In this document: one piece after another, positions 8,933-17,650 of the stretch
How the letters are laid out: each line of letters begins with the position of its first letter
How positions within the stretch are numbered: the first letter of the stretch is position 1
DNA from: Candidatus Woesearchaeota archaeon
Lineage (GTDB): Archaea > Nanobdellota > Nanobdellia > Woesearchaeales > UBA119
DNA: 64,000 nt
Direction: 5' to 3'
Assembly: GCA_030156615.1 (NCBI GenBank)
Contig: JASGME010000003.1
Span: 7,574-71,573, forward strand
Translations under genes and position numbers: made by a program
The notes under the pieces: generated by a model
What the model saw: only the letters and a program-made list of their open reading frames with translations
Told to the model about the DNA's origin: nothing
Database searches by the model: none

Positions 8933-9928
8933 ATGGCTGAATCTACGAATGTGATTTCTAAAGAACAGGTTCTCTCTTTCGTTAAACAGCTTGAAAGCGT
9001 AAAGAAGGAGATTTCAAAAGCTGTAATAGGTCAGGCTAAGGTAATTGATATGATTCTTTCTGCCCTTGTTGCAAACGGCAATATCCTCCTTGAAGGAGTT
9101 CCGGGAACCGCCAAAACGCTTATAATGAGAACCGTATCAAAGGTTATGGGTTGTCAGTTCTCAAGGATACAATTTACTCCAGATCTATTGCCTACAGATA
9201 TTATTGGCTTAACAACATATGAAAAAGGAAGAGGCTTCTATGTTTTGAAAGGTCCTATATTTTCAAACTTTGTATTAGCTGATGAAATCAACAGGGCGCC
9301 TCCAAAGGTTCAGTCAGCTCTGCTTGAATCAATGCAGGAAAGACAGGCTACTATAGGCAAGGAAACATTTCCATTGCCTGTTCCATTTTTTGTTCTTGCT
9401 ACAGAAAATCCTTTAGAGAATGTAGGAACATATCCGCTTCCAGAAGCTCAGGTTGATAGGTTTTTGTTTAAGATATTTATCTCTTATCCGGAAATAGACG
9501 AAGAGATTAAGGTCTTAACAACGAATATGAGTATTCAGAAGTTTGAGGCAATTACCCTATCTCCTATCTTGTCTCCTCAGGAGATTATTCAACTGCAGGA
9601 TGCAGCAAAGAAGATTTATGTAGATGAAAGGATAAAAGAATACATTGTAAAGATTGTTGATGCTACGCGAAATCCTTCTAGATACGGTATTAAGTATGGC
9701 AAGTATATTCAATGGGGTGCATCTCCAAGAGGTTCAATAGGAATATATACGGCTTCAATGGCAAATGCACTTATAAATGGCAAGAATTTTGTCACGCCAG
9801 AGAATGTCAAGGCGGTAGCTCCAAATGTTTTAAATCACAGGATTATCCTTAATTATGAAGGTGTATCTGAAAATATTGATTCTTTTGATATTGTTGATGA
9901 AATTTTGAATAAGATTCCTGTGCCCTGA
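8933..9928 (+). CDS. moxR: MoxR-family AAA+ ATPase
   Basis: Walker A GVPGTAKT, RIQFTPDLLPTDI, Walker B ADEINRAPPKVQSALLE, ATENP, DRF, GASPR; ATG at 8933. Confidence 0.95.
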   Translation: MAESTNVISKEQVLSFVKQLESVKKEISKAVIGQAKVIDMILSALVANGNILLEGVPGTAKTLIMRTVSKVMGCQFSRIQFTPDLLPTDIIGLTTYEKGRGFYVLKGPIFSNFVLADEINRAPPKVQSALLESMQERQATIGKETFPLPVPFFVLATENPLENVGTYPLPEAQVDRFLFKIFISYPEIDEEIKVLTTNMSIQKFEAITLSPILSPQEIIQLQDAAKKIYVDERIKEYIVKIVDATRNPSRYGIKYGKYIQWGASPRGSIGIYTASMANALINGKNFVTPENVKAVAPNVLNHRIILNYEGVSENIDSFDIVDEILNKIPVP

Positions 9929-9949
9929 TTATAGCTTTGCGTGATTCCT

Positions 9950-10834
9950 ATGATAAAAGAACTTAATGTTGATCTAACACCAGTCATCGTTAAGATAGAA
10001 TTGGTTGCAAGGCTCGGTGCCAGCGGGATGTTCACGGGGGAATATAGCTCGAGATTTAAAGGACGAGGCCTTGACTTTGAGGGCTATAGAGAATATATGC
10101 CTGAGGACGATGCTCAGAATATTGACTGGAAAGCATCTTTACGAAGTGATGAGGTATTAGTTAAGATTTTCAAGGAGGAAAGAAACATAGATGTAATCTA
10201 TCTCTTTGATGTAAGTGCAAGCATGTGCTTCTCATCAACAGATAAATTAAAATGCGAATATGCTGCAGAGATGATTTCCTCTGTTGCATATGCAAACCTC
10301 TCTGCTGGTGATTCTGTAGGCCTCCTGATGTTTTCAGATGATATAAAGGCTTATTTGCCTCCAAATCAGGGAAGTGCACAGTACTTTAAACTTACGCAAT
10401 TCCTTAAAAATCCAAAGAATTACGATGGCTTGTTTAGTTTTGATAAAGCCATAGATTTTCTTTTAGGTCATTATACTACAAATTCGGTCATTGTTTTAGT
10501 CTCCGACTTTATAGGATTGCATCAGGGATGGGAAAAGAGGATAAGTGCTCTTGCATATAAGAATGAGGTGATTGCAATGATGATCAGGGATCCTAGGGAT
10601 GATTATATGCCTCCTGAAAATATGGAGGTTTTTGTGGGTGACCCTTTTTCACCAAAGCAATTCCTAATCAATCCAGTATGGCTTCATGATGCTTATAATG
10701 GAGAAGCAAAGGTTCAAAAAAACAAGATAAAATCTGAATTAAAGAAGCGAGGGGTGGATTTGTTTGAAACATCAACAGATAAGCCATATGCAACTGCCGT
10801 CCGCAATTTCTTTTTCATGAGAACGAGGAAATAA
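9950..10834 (+). CDS. DUF58 family protein (vWA-like, MoxR partner)
   Basis: GRGLDFEGYREY, DDAQNIDWKASLR, MIDAS-like DVSASM, VLVSDF. Confidence 0.92.
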   Translation: MIKELNVDLTPVIVKIELVARLGASGMFTGEYSSRFKGRGLDFEGYREYMPEDDAQNIDWKASLRSDEVLVKIFKEERNIDVIYLFDVSASMCFSSTDKLKCEYAAEMISSVAYANLSAGDSVGLLMFSDDIKAYLPPNQGSAQYFKLTQFLKNPKNYDGLFSFDKAIDFLLGHYTTNSVIVLVSDFIGLHQGWEKRISALAYKNEVIAMMIRDPRDDYMPPENMEVFVGDPFSPKQFLINPVWLHDAYNGEAKVQKNKIKSELKKRGVDLFETSTDKPYATAVRNFFFMRTRK

Positions 10835-10835
10835 G

Positions 10836-11792
10836 ATGGAGCTTATATTCACCTATCCGGGCTACTTGTGGTTCCTGCTTAGTCTGCCTATCCTTGCTTT
10901 AACGCATTTCTTTGTCCTACGTTTTGTCAAGAACAGAGCAATGAGGTTCGCAAACTTTGAGGTTCTGGAGAGGGTTGTATCCAGTGGAGAACATGGTATA
11001 AGGCATACGCATTTTGTCTCCAAGAACATAGGTCTTCTTATCAACAGACTTATTGTTGTTACTCTTATTGTATTGGCGATATCTGGAATAACTATTCTTT
11101 ACGAAGGAAACATAAGTTCTTTTGACTACGTTATTGCCTTGGATGCTTCAAGCAGTATGCTCGCTGATGATATGAACCCTACTAGATTTGATGTTGCTAA
11201 GGAATCTGCAAAGGAATTCATTGATTCAATAAGTTATGAAAGCAATGTTGGACTTGTGAAGTTTGCAGGTGTTGCAGAAATCGTATCGCCTTTAACATCC
11301 TCCCTTGATGAGCTAAAGGAAGAGATAGATGGTTTAAAAATGTCTCTTACTTCAGGCACGGATTTGACAGAGGCAATCTTTACATCAATAAACCTGTTGC
11401 CTCCTGTTTCAGATAAGAAAGGGGCTGTGATTTTGCTCACTGATGGAAGAAGCACTGTGGGTGAGCCAATCCAGACAGGCATTTCCTATGCATTGAACAA
11501 TAATGTTGTTATTCATACAATTGGGATTGGCACCCCTGAAGGCGGCACTTTTATGGAAGGAGGAATATCACAGCTTGATGAGGAAAGTCTAAAAGAGATT
11601 GCAGAGAAAACAGGAGGAAATTATTATAGGGCAAGTTCTCCAACAGCTCTTTCGAATGCCTTCAAAGAGATTGCTTCTATTGACAAAGGGAAGATAGATG
11701 TTCAGTTGTCCCCTCTGTTTATGTTCTTGGCCCTCGCCCTCCTTTTCATGGAATGGGGCTTGGTAAATACAAAGTATAGAACTTATCCTTGA
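10836..11792 (+). CDS. Membrane-anchored vWA-domain protein (BatA-like)
   Basis: N-terminal FTYPGYLWFLLSLP BatA-type TM region; MIDAS DASSSM...T...LLTDG; C-terminal TM. Confidence 0.92.
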   Translation: MELIFTYPGYLWFLLSLPILALTHFFVLRFVKNRAMRFANFEVLERVVSSGEHGIRHTHFVSKNIGLLINRLIVVTLIVLAISGITILYEGNISSFDYVIALDASSSMLADDMNPTRFDVAKESAKEFIDSISYESNVGLVKFAGVAEIVSPLTSSLDELKEEIDGLKMSLTSGTDLTEAIFTSINLLPPVSDKKGAVILLTDGRSTVGEPIQTGISYALNNNVVIHTIGIGTPEGGTFMEGGISQLDEESLKEIAEKTGGNYYRASSPTALSNAFKEIASIDKGKIDVQLSPLFMFLALALLFMEWGLVNTKYRTYP

Positions 11793-11885
11793 ACTATTTT
11801 TCCTTATTTATTTTGAATGAACTAAAACAGAATCAACTTAAAATTTTTCTTGCTTTATTTCTAAAACGATCTATATCGTCTTGTT

Positions 11886-12317
11886 TCAAAGTTTCAATAA
11901 AATTGAAATTAGTGTAATAAAATCCTCAGTATCGCGAGTCAAATCTTTGACTTCTTGTTCTAATGCTTTTGAATCAACATAGTATTGTTTTTCAATCCTT
12001 TCTTTTTTAGCATTCTTTATAGATTTATTATCTATCTCAAAAAGTTCCTTAAGTAGCCATATTGATATTGTATGATTTTCTGATTTTATCCCAACTCTGA
12101 ACAACAAGCTTAGAAGAGCAAAATACATAGAATAGTAAGCTAGAGCTATTGAATCTTCAAGATTTTTCATTTTTAAAAGAACCTTAGAGGATTTTAATGA
12201 TTTCGTAGCTTTCTCCATATATGCTTGAGATATCTCTTTGCTTGGTTCAACTATCAAAAGTTTTTTCTCCTTCCTCAGCTTTGAGATCAGATTTTCTATG
12301 CTTATGGTATCTCTCAA
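11886..12317 (-). CDS. HEPN-domain protein (partner of MNT); probable 1-nt frameshift near 3' end
   Basis: AYYSMYFALLSLL and GIKSENH motifs; an alternative frame continues NFIETLKQDDIDRFRNKARKILS to a stop at 11833. Confidence 0.8.
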   Translation of the reverse strand: MRDTISIENLISKLRKEKKLLIVEPSKEISQAYMEKATKSLKSSKVLLKMKNLEDSIALAYYSMYFALLSLLFRVGIKSENHTISIWLLKELFEIDNKSIKNAKKERIEKQYYVDSKALEQEVKDLTRDTEDFITLISILLKL

Positions 12318-12837
12318 ATCCTTTGATTATTACATGAGCCTTATCAATCTCTCTGATTAATAAACTATTCCAAGAAAATTTCCCGATTTTTACATTTATT
12401 CTCGTGTCAATATCTTCAACCTCTTTTTTTATCTTTTGACTCAGCGTGTCAATATAGATGTCTATGTCGCTGTCTTTTCTTGGGATATCTTTAGCATATG
12501 AACCAAACAAGACAGCTAATTTCACTCTTTTGTCAGCTCTTATTTGAGAAAAAATTCTCCTTAAAAGCGGATACTTCTTGATAATATGCAAGAGTTTATA
12601 GTGCTCTGTCATCAATATTAGTTCATCTGCCTCGAGAGTTTGCTTCAGGAAATAAACCTTATTCCTGCCTTCCTGTCTAAAGTCAACAACATTAATTCTT
12701 TCAAGCTCTTTTAATTTTCTGAGAACAGTCATCTGGTTTGTATTTAGTTTTCTTGCCAAACTTCTTATGTGTTCAGGAGAGTTATATAATTGTTCTACCA
12801 TATCATAGATGTAATATTTTTGTTCCATATGTAACAA
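12247..12837 (-). CDS. wHTH plus minimal nucleotidyltransferase (MNT), antitoxin-like
   Basis: HIRSLARKLNTNQMTVLRKL HTH; LFGSYAKDIPRKDSDIDIYID polymerase-beta-type motif. Confidence 0.88.
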   Translation of the reverse strand: MLHMEQKYYIYDMVEQLYNSPEHIRSLARKLNTNQMTVLRKLKELERINVVDFRQEGRNKVYFLKQTLEADELILMTEHYKLLHIIKKYPLLRRIFSQIRADKRVKLAVLFGSYAKDIPRKDSDIDIYIDTLSQKIKKEVEDIDTRINVKIGKFSWNSLLIREIDKAHVIIKGFERYHKHRKSDLKAEEGEKTFDS

Positions 12838-12839
12838 AA
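12818..12839. promoter_or_regulatory. Palindromic operator over the MNT start codon
   Basis: TTTTGTTCC-ATAT-GTAACAAAA, 9-bp arms with 1 mismatch. Confidence 0.5.
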
Positions 12840-12850
12840 AAGTTATAATG

Positions 12851-13597
12851 CTATTTAAAATTATCTATCCTGTTCAATAGTTGTCTAAACTCTTTATTTG
12901 ATAAAATAGCGACTCTTTTTTCAAGAACCTTTTGTTCTGTTTCCATCGAATCAATCATACTTCGTGCATCCCTTTTCGATGCATCGAAAACTCTCTTAAA
13001 TGAATACATTAAGGCATTTTTTAACTTTTTATCACTTTGAAGAATAATTTCCCTGATTAGAATTTCTTTCTTTGTTAGATTCTTTTTCTTGTTAAATGAA
13101 ATAATAATCGATTCTGCTTTAGGAGGCGGATTGAATTTTTCTTTTGGCACAGTTTTTATTTTATTTATTTCATAGAAAGACTGGATTATTATGCTCCATT
13201 TACTTTCTTTACCTGTTAGTAAATGATAAAACTTTTCTCCAATGAGTAAAACTGCCAGATCAATATCTATTTTCAAAAGTTTCTTTAGGAAAGGCTCTGA
13301 AATAGAGTAAGGGATATTGGCAACGATTTTATTAAAATTCAGCCTTTCAATCACATTTAATATGTTGTCGTAAACTACGTCTACATTGTTTGGCATATTT
13401 TCAAGGTATTTGCTCATCCCTTTGTCAATCTCTACAGCAATAACCTTTCTGCATTCCCTTGCCAAGAAGGATGTTATGTTTCCCCTGCCTGATCCTACCT
13501 CAAGAACAATATCATCTTTTTTTAGGTTTGCTGCCTCAACTAAAAGAGAAATAGTTTCCTTATCTTCAAGGAAATGTTGATCATAAGATGAACTCAT
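12851..13597 (-). CDS. rsmA: 16S rRNA adenine dimethyltransferase KsgA/Dim1
   Basis: DQHFL, VLEVGSGRG, AVEID, VANIPYSI, FNPPPKAES. Confidence 0.92.
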   Translation of the reverse strand: MSSSYDQHFLEDKETISLLVEAANLKKDDIVLEVGSGRGNITSFLARECRKVIAVEIDKGMSKYLENMPNNVDVVYDNILNVIERLNFNKIVANIPYSISEPFLKKLLKIDIDLAVLLIGEKFYHLLTGKESKWSIIIQSFYEINKIKTVPKEKFNPPPKAESIIISFNKKKNLTKKEILIREIILQSDKKLKNALMYSFKRVFDASKRDARSMIDSMETEQKVLEKRVAILSNKEFRQLLNRIDNFK

Positions 13598-14226
13598 TTT
13601 AATTTTGCCTGTTTTTCTCTTTTGAAAGATGCCCAGCTCTTTCTGAAAATTTCATCGTATCTGCTATGATTCTTTCTCAGGAACTCTATTGTTCTTGGAT
13701 CAGATGGATAGCCAGAGCCAATATTTTGCTTTATCTCTTTTTCAATCTCTCTTATTCTTCTGTCTCTTTCTAGTTTAGCCAAAATAGAAGCCGCTGAAAC
13801 AACCGGGAAATTAACATCTGCCTTATGCTCAGCATCAATTCTGACTTTAAATTTTAGATTCTTTTTAATGAAGGCAAGGTAGCTTTCCTTATTATTTGAA
13901 GGCAGGTCAAGAATGACTTTGTCAGGCTTTAATGCATTTATTATCTTTGCAGTGTAAATTGCTTCAAGCCAGTTAAGGTTTGATTCAGGATTGTTTAAAG
14001 CATCATCAATCTCTTTTGGTTCTATGACTTCAATTTTGTAAGAATGAGCTAACCTCTTTAATGCCTCTTCAAGCTCTTCTCTTCTCTTTGGACTAAGCAT
14101 CTTAGAGTCTTTTGCTCCTGTTTTCTTGAGCAGCTCCTGATTCTTCTCTTCAATGCAATAGCCTGCAATAACCATCGGCCCTATAACAGGCCCTCTCCCT
14201 GCTTCATCTATGCCGCAAATTATCAT
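13594..14226 (-). CDS. rnhB: Ribonuclease HII
   Basis: GIDEAGRGPVIGPMV, DSKML, HKAD, VSAASILAK, GSGYPSDP. Confidence 0.97.
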   Translation of the reverse strand: MIICGIDEAGRGPVIGPMVIAGYCIEEKNQELLKKTGAKDSKMLSPKRREELEEALKRLAHSYKIEVIEPKEIDDALNNPESNLNWLEAIYTAKIINALKPDKVILDLPSNNKESYLAFIKKNLKFKVRIDAEHKADVNFPVVSAASILAKLERDRRIREIEKEIKQNIGSGYPSDPRTIEFLRKNHSRYDEIFRKSWASFKREKQAKLK

Positions 14227-14267
14227 CTTATCTCTGCTGAATTCACTTTATTTAAAAAGATTTATAT

Positions 14268-14300
14268 ATCATAAGGTTACTTTTTCTGTATCTTTATGAT
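14268..14300. promoter_or_regulatory. Inverted-repeat operator between TATA box and AbiEi start
   Basis: ATCATAAGGTTAC-tttttct-GTATCTTTATGAT (11/13 match), directly after TTTATATA and covering the ATG at 14296. Confidence 0.55.
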
Positions 14301-14991
14301 AAAAATCAAACCATATAAAACTTTGGTAGAAAAAATCGCTAGAACCCCGAAGAAAATAATTGTATCTGATTTAATTAGAGAGAGCTGTATTAAGCTCTCT
14401 ATAGATTATTATTCTGGAGTAAAATATCTTCTGAGGCATGGCTATATTGAAAGAATATTCAGGGGAATTTTTTATAATTACTCTTTAGAAGAACGAAAAC
14501 TGGGCAAATCTGAAATGAGCTTTTATGAGATTCTGTCTGAGGCTTTAAGGGTTAAAGGAATAAAAAACTGGTATTTTGGATTGGAGACTGCTTTAAAGTT
14601 AAACAATATGACTCATGAATACTTCTCTACCATTTTTATTGTAAATGATACCATATTTAGAGCAAGGCCTATAAACATAATGGGGCATAAGTTGAAATTC
14701 CTTCGTACTACTCTGCCTCTTTTTGATTTCGGAATTATTACGAAATCAACCTCAAAAGGCATAAAATACTCGTTTTCTAATCCTGAAAAAACCGCTCTTG
14801 AGCTAGTATATTTCAAGCATTATTCTGAAGATGAATTTTTGGAGATTTTTTCCGAACTCTCTCCAGACAGACTTATAAAATATTCATTACATTATGACCG
14901 AATAGTTCCTAAGGTAATGGATAATGTTAAAGAAAGAATTAATAGATTTCATATCAACCAGAAAAAAGATAAACCAGAGAGAGTTGATTGA
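14296..14991 (+). CDS. AbiEi-like antitoxin (type IV TA)
   Basis: YIERIFRGIFY wHTH wing, YFGLETAL, NPEKTALE; directly upstream of AbiEii-like gene. Confidence 0.8.
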   Translation: MIKIKPYKTLVEKIARTPKKIIVSDLIRESCIKLSIDYYSGVKYLLRHGYIERIFRGIFYNYSLEERKLGKSEMSFYEILSEALRVKGIKNWYFGLETALKLNNMTHEYFSTIFIVNDTIFRARPINIMGHKLKFLRTTLPLFDFGIITKSTSKGIKYSFSNPEKTALELVYFKHYSEDEFLEIFSELSPDRLIKYSLHYDRIVPKVMDNVKERINRFHINQKKDKPERVD

Positions 14992-15847
14992 AAATGATTT
15001 TATTCTTCATAGTTTACTATTCTATCTCTACCAAAATAAAGAGTTTAAACGCAAATATGCTTTCAAAGGAGGGAGTTGCTTAATTAAGTGTTATCTTGGA
15101 TATTACAGATTTTCAGAAGATTTGGATTTTACTTACATTAATCAGAACAAGTTTAAAGGGTTAAGCAAGAAAAAAGCAAGACAAAAAATATCTCAGGAAC
15201 TTGATAGAATAGTTAAATCGTTAGAACTTTTTTGTGAAAAAAATGGTTTTGATTTCAAACCGAATAAAGCAAATAAAAGATACTTTGAATTCGGAGCGGG
15301 GAATACCTTAACCACAATTAAACTTTTTTACAAATCCATTGAAACCGGCTTTGAACAATTCATCAAACTCCAGTTCAATTTTGTTGAAATGCTATGTTTT
15401 CCAATATTGGAATTAGATGCAAAAACGATTGTTAATGTTCAAGAATATCCAGAGATGAAAGTTCTTTTTCCAGAGGAGGATTTAAGGTTTGTGAGACCAG
15501 TTAGTTTAACATCTTATAATCTCAAGGAAATACTTGTTGAGAAGGTTAGAGCCATTCTAACAAGAGAAGTGGTGAAATCAAGAGATTTTTTAGATGTTTA
15601 TATGATAAAAAATGTAAAAGGATTGAGTTTCTATGAATTGAAAAAAGATATCATTGAAAAAACCAAATTTGTACTCCGATACCAAAAGTATTTGAGAAAT
15701 CTTAAATCACATATAGAACATAAAATAGAATATAACATTGGAGATGAACGAAATTTGCTTTTAGATAAGTCTCTGCCTAATTTTGATGTTTTTATCAAGG
15801 AGTTCAGAGAATTTATAGACAGGATAATTTTAGAAATATTAACCTGA
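14924..15847 (+). CDS. AbiEii-like nucleotidyltransferase toxin (type IV TA)
   Basis: FKGGSCLIKCY, RFSEDLDF, EKVRAILTR, RDFLDVY. Confidence 0.9.
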   Translation: MLKKELIDFISTRKKINQRELIENDFILHSLLFYLYQNKEFKRKYAFKGGSCLIKCYLGYYRFSEDLDFTYINQNKFKGLSKKKARQKISQELDRIVKSLELFCEKNGFDFKPNKANKRYFEFGAGNTLTTIKLFYKSIETGFEQFIKLQFNFVEMLCFPILELDAKTIVNVQEYPEMKVLFPEEDLRFVRPVSLTSYNLKEILVEKVRAILTREVVKSRDFLDVYMIKNVKGLSFYELKKDIIEKTKFVLRYQKYLRNLKSHIEHKIEYNIGDERNLLLDKSLPNFDVFIKEFREFIDRIILEILT

Positions 15848-15889
15848 ATGCTTCTATATACTAATTTAAAATGTAAAAGAAGAAAAATT

Positions 15890-17368
15890 TTATTCTTTCT
15901 TTGATCTTCTGTAGGCGATTATTGAAATCACTACGATTACTGCGAGCAATACTAAAGATATCCAAAGCCAAGCAAGAGAACTCTTTTCTTCTTCCTCAGC
16001 AGGAGGTGTTGGCTCTACTGGCTCAGGCTCGTCTTCATCCTCCTCTTCTTCCTCTTCAGGAAGTACAGGTTCTGGTTCTATTTCGTCCTCTTCAATTTCT
16101 TCTAGTTTAGAGAGTGCAATGCTCTCATTAAGCTTTTCCTCTACCTCATTTGTCTTTGATTCAACTGCAAACTCAACATTATCAGTATTTGAAAACATCA
16201 ATACTGGATCATTAACTAAAACTTCAAAGTTGCCTTCTATCTCATCTGCTGTTTCTGCTACACTCTTTGGAACCTCTACTACATAATCTCCTAGCTCAAC
16301 GTCATAAGAGATCTCAATAATACTTGATGATGTTCCGTCTTCAGTTATGAACGTTATTACATTAACATTTCTTTTGATATTGCTTACCTCTTTTAATTCC
16401 TTCTCTCCAATCTTTTCCTTAACCTGTTCTCTTACCTCTTCTGATAATTCTTTTGGAGTTACCTCTTCTTCAATAAGATTGGTCATAACTGCCTCAACAT
16501 TATCCAAGCCTAATTTATTAATCTGTTCATTGAATTCAGATGTGTCTGTGAAAACCTTGCTTTCTTTTGCTCCTTCAATAACTCCTTTCATCTGATCACA
16601 GACATTAATAACATTCTTTTTAATGTGCAATAGGAGACCTTCTGTTAATTCATCTAACCTCTTTTCATACTCGGTTTCCTCTCTTGGTTTAACAGGAGTA
16701 TGACCTGATCCTCCTGAGTCTTCTTCTGGAGAAACGGTAAAGCTTCCTTGATTCTCTAATAATGTTGCATAAGTAAACCCTTCACCAATCTTGGCTTTGG
16801 CTTCCAATGAGACAGAATAAGTTGTTTCTTCATCAACCTCCGGAGTAGTCCAGGTTATTTTGAAGACTATCTCAGCAGAATCTGTTAACGAAGTAGAATA
16901 AGTATCGTATCCATATCCAGTTTTATATCCATAACCATATCCATAGCCCAAAGATGTTCCTATTGTAGTGTATCCTGATCCGTCATAACCATAACCATAG
17001 CCATAGAGAGCAGTTTTTGTGTCATGATATATGAAGTTTTGACTCATAGGAGTAATCTCAAAGTCTTGGCAACCTTCTAATCCATCCCCATTTATATCAA
17101 AAACACAACTATATTCTTCTTTGTTGTGTTCATCTTTTATTGTAATAGTAAAATTAAGATCTTCAGGAACAATATCCCGAGAATGTAAATCTACTTTGGC
17201 AGTAATCTCAACTTCCTGCTGTTCTGTAACTTTATCATCCTTTATATCTACGCCAAGAGTAATAGCCCTAACAGGACCAGAAAAAATAAGCATGAGTACT
17301 ACTGCAACGCTTATAATTGAGCTAAATGCCTTAGTTTTCTTACTCTGATATCTCTTTCTGATTGCCAT
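15890..17368 (-). CDS. Acidic surface/S-layer-like protein with Gly-Tyr repeat patch and C-terminal TM anchor
   Basis: Signal-like N-terminus, YGYGYGYDGSGY...GYGYGYGYKTGYGY, Pro/Glu linker, TM LAWLWISLVLLAVIVVISII plus basic tail. Confidence 0.8.
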   Translation of the reverse strand: MAIRKRYQSKKTKAFSSIISVAVVLMLIFSGPVRAITLGVDIKDDKVTEQQEVEITAKVDLHSRDIVPEDLNFTITIKDEHNKEEYSCVFDINGDGLEGCQDFEITPMSQNFIYHDTKTALYGYGYGYDGSGYTTIGTSLGYGYGYGYKTGYGYDTYSTSLTDSAEIVFKITWTTPEVDEETTYSVSLEAKAKIGEGFTYATLLENQGSFTVSPEEDSGGSGHTPVKPREETEYEKRLDELTEGLLLHIKKNVINVCDQMKGVIEGAKESKVFTDTSEFNEQINKLGLDNVEAVMTNLIEEEVTPKELSEEVREQVKEKIGEKELKEVSNIKRNVNVITFITEDGTSSSIIEISYDVELGDYVVEVPKSVAETADEIEGNFEVLVNDPVLMFSNTDNVEFAVESKTNEVEEKLNESIALSKLEEIEEDEIEPEPVLPEEEEEEDEDEPEPVEPTPPAEEEEKSSLAWLWISLVLLAVIVVISIIAYRRSKKE

Positions 17369-17650
17369 GATTATGCTCCTCTCATAAGATTTATCTATTA
17401 CTAATATTTAAAAGTTTCTAAATCTGAACCGAAATTCATGCACAGACTTGACTCTGAGATCTCTCTGGCTTTTAAATACTTTGACACACAAACTAGGTTA
17501 ATAGAATATAAGGCATCATTGTATAACAAAGATTGCCTCGAGATTTTGGAAAATGCCAGTATATGAATGGCAGTCTGCTCTAAATATCTTTTAAATATAT
17601 GTCATTCAGTAAATAAAGATTTTTAAGTGAATGTCATTATTTTTGCTCAT

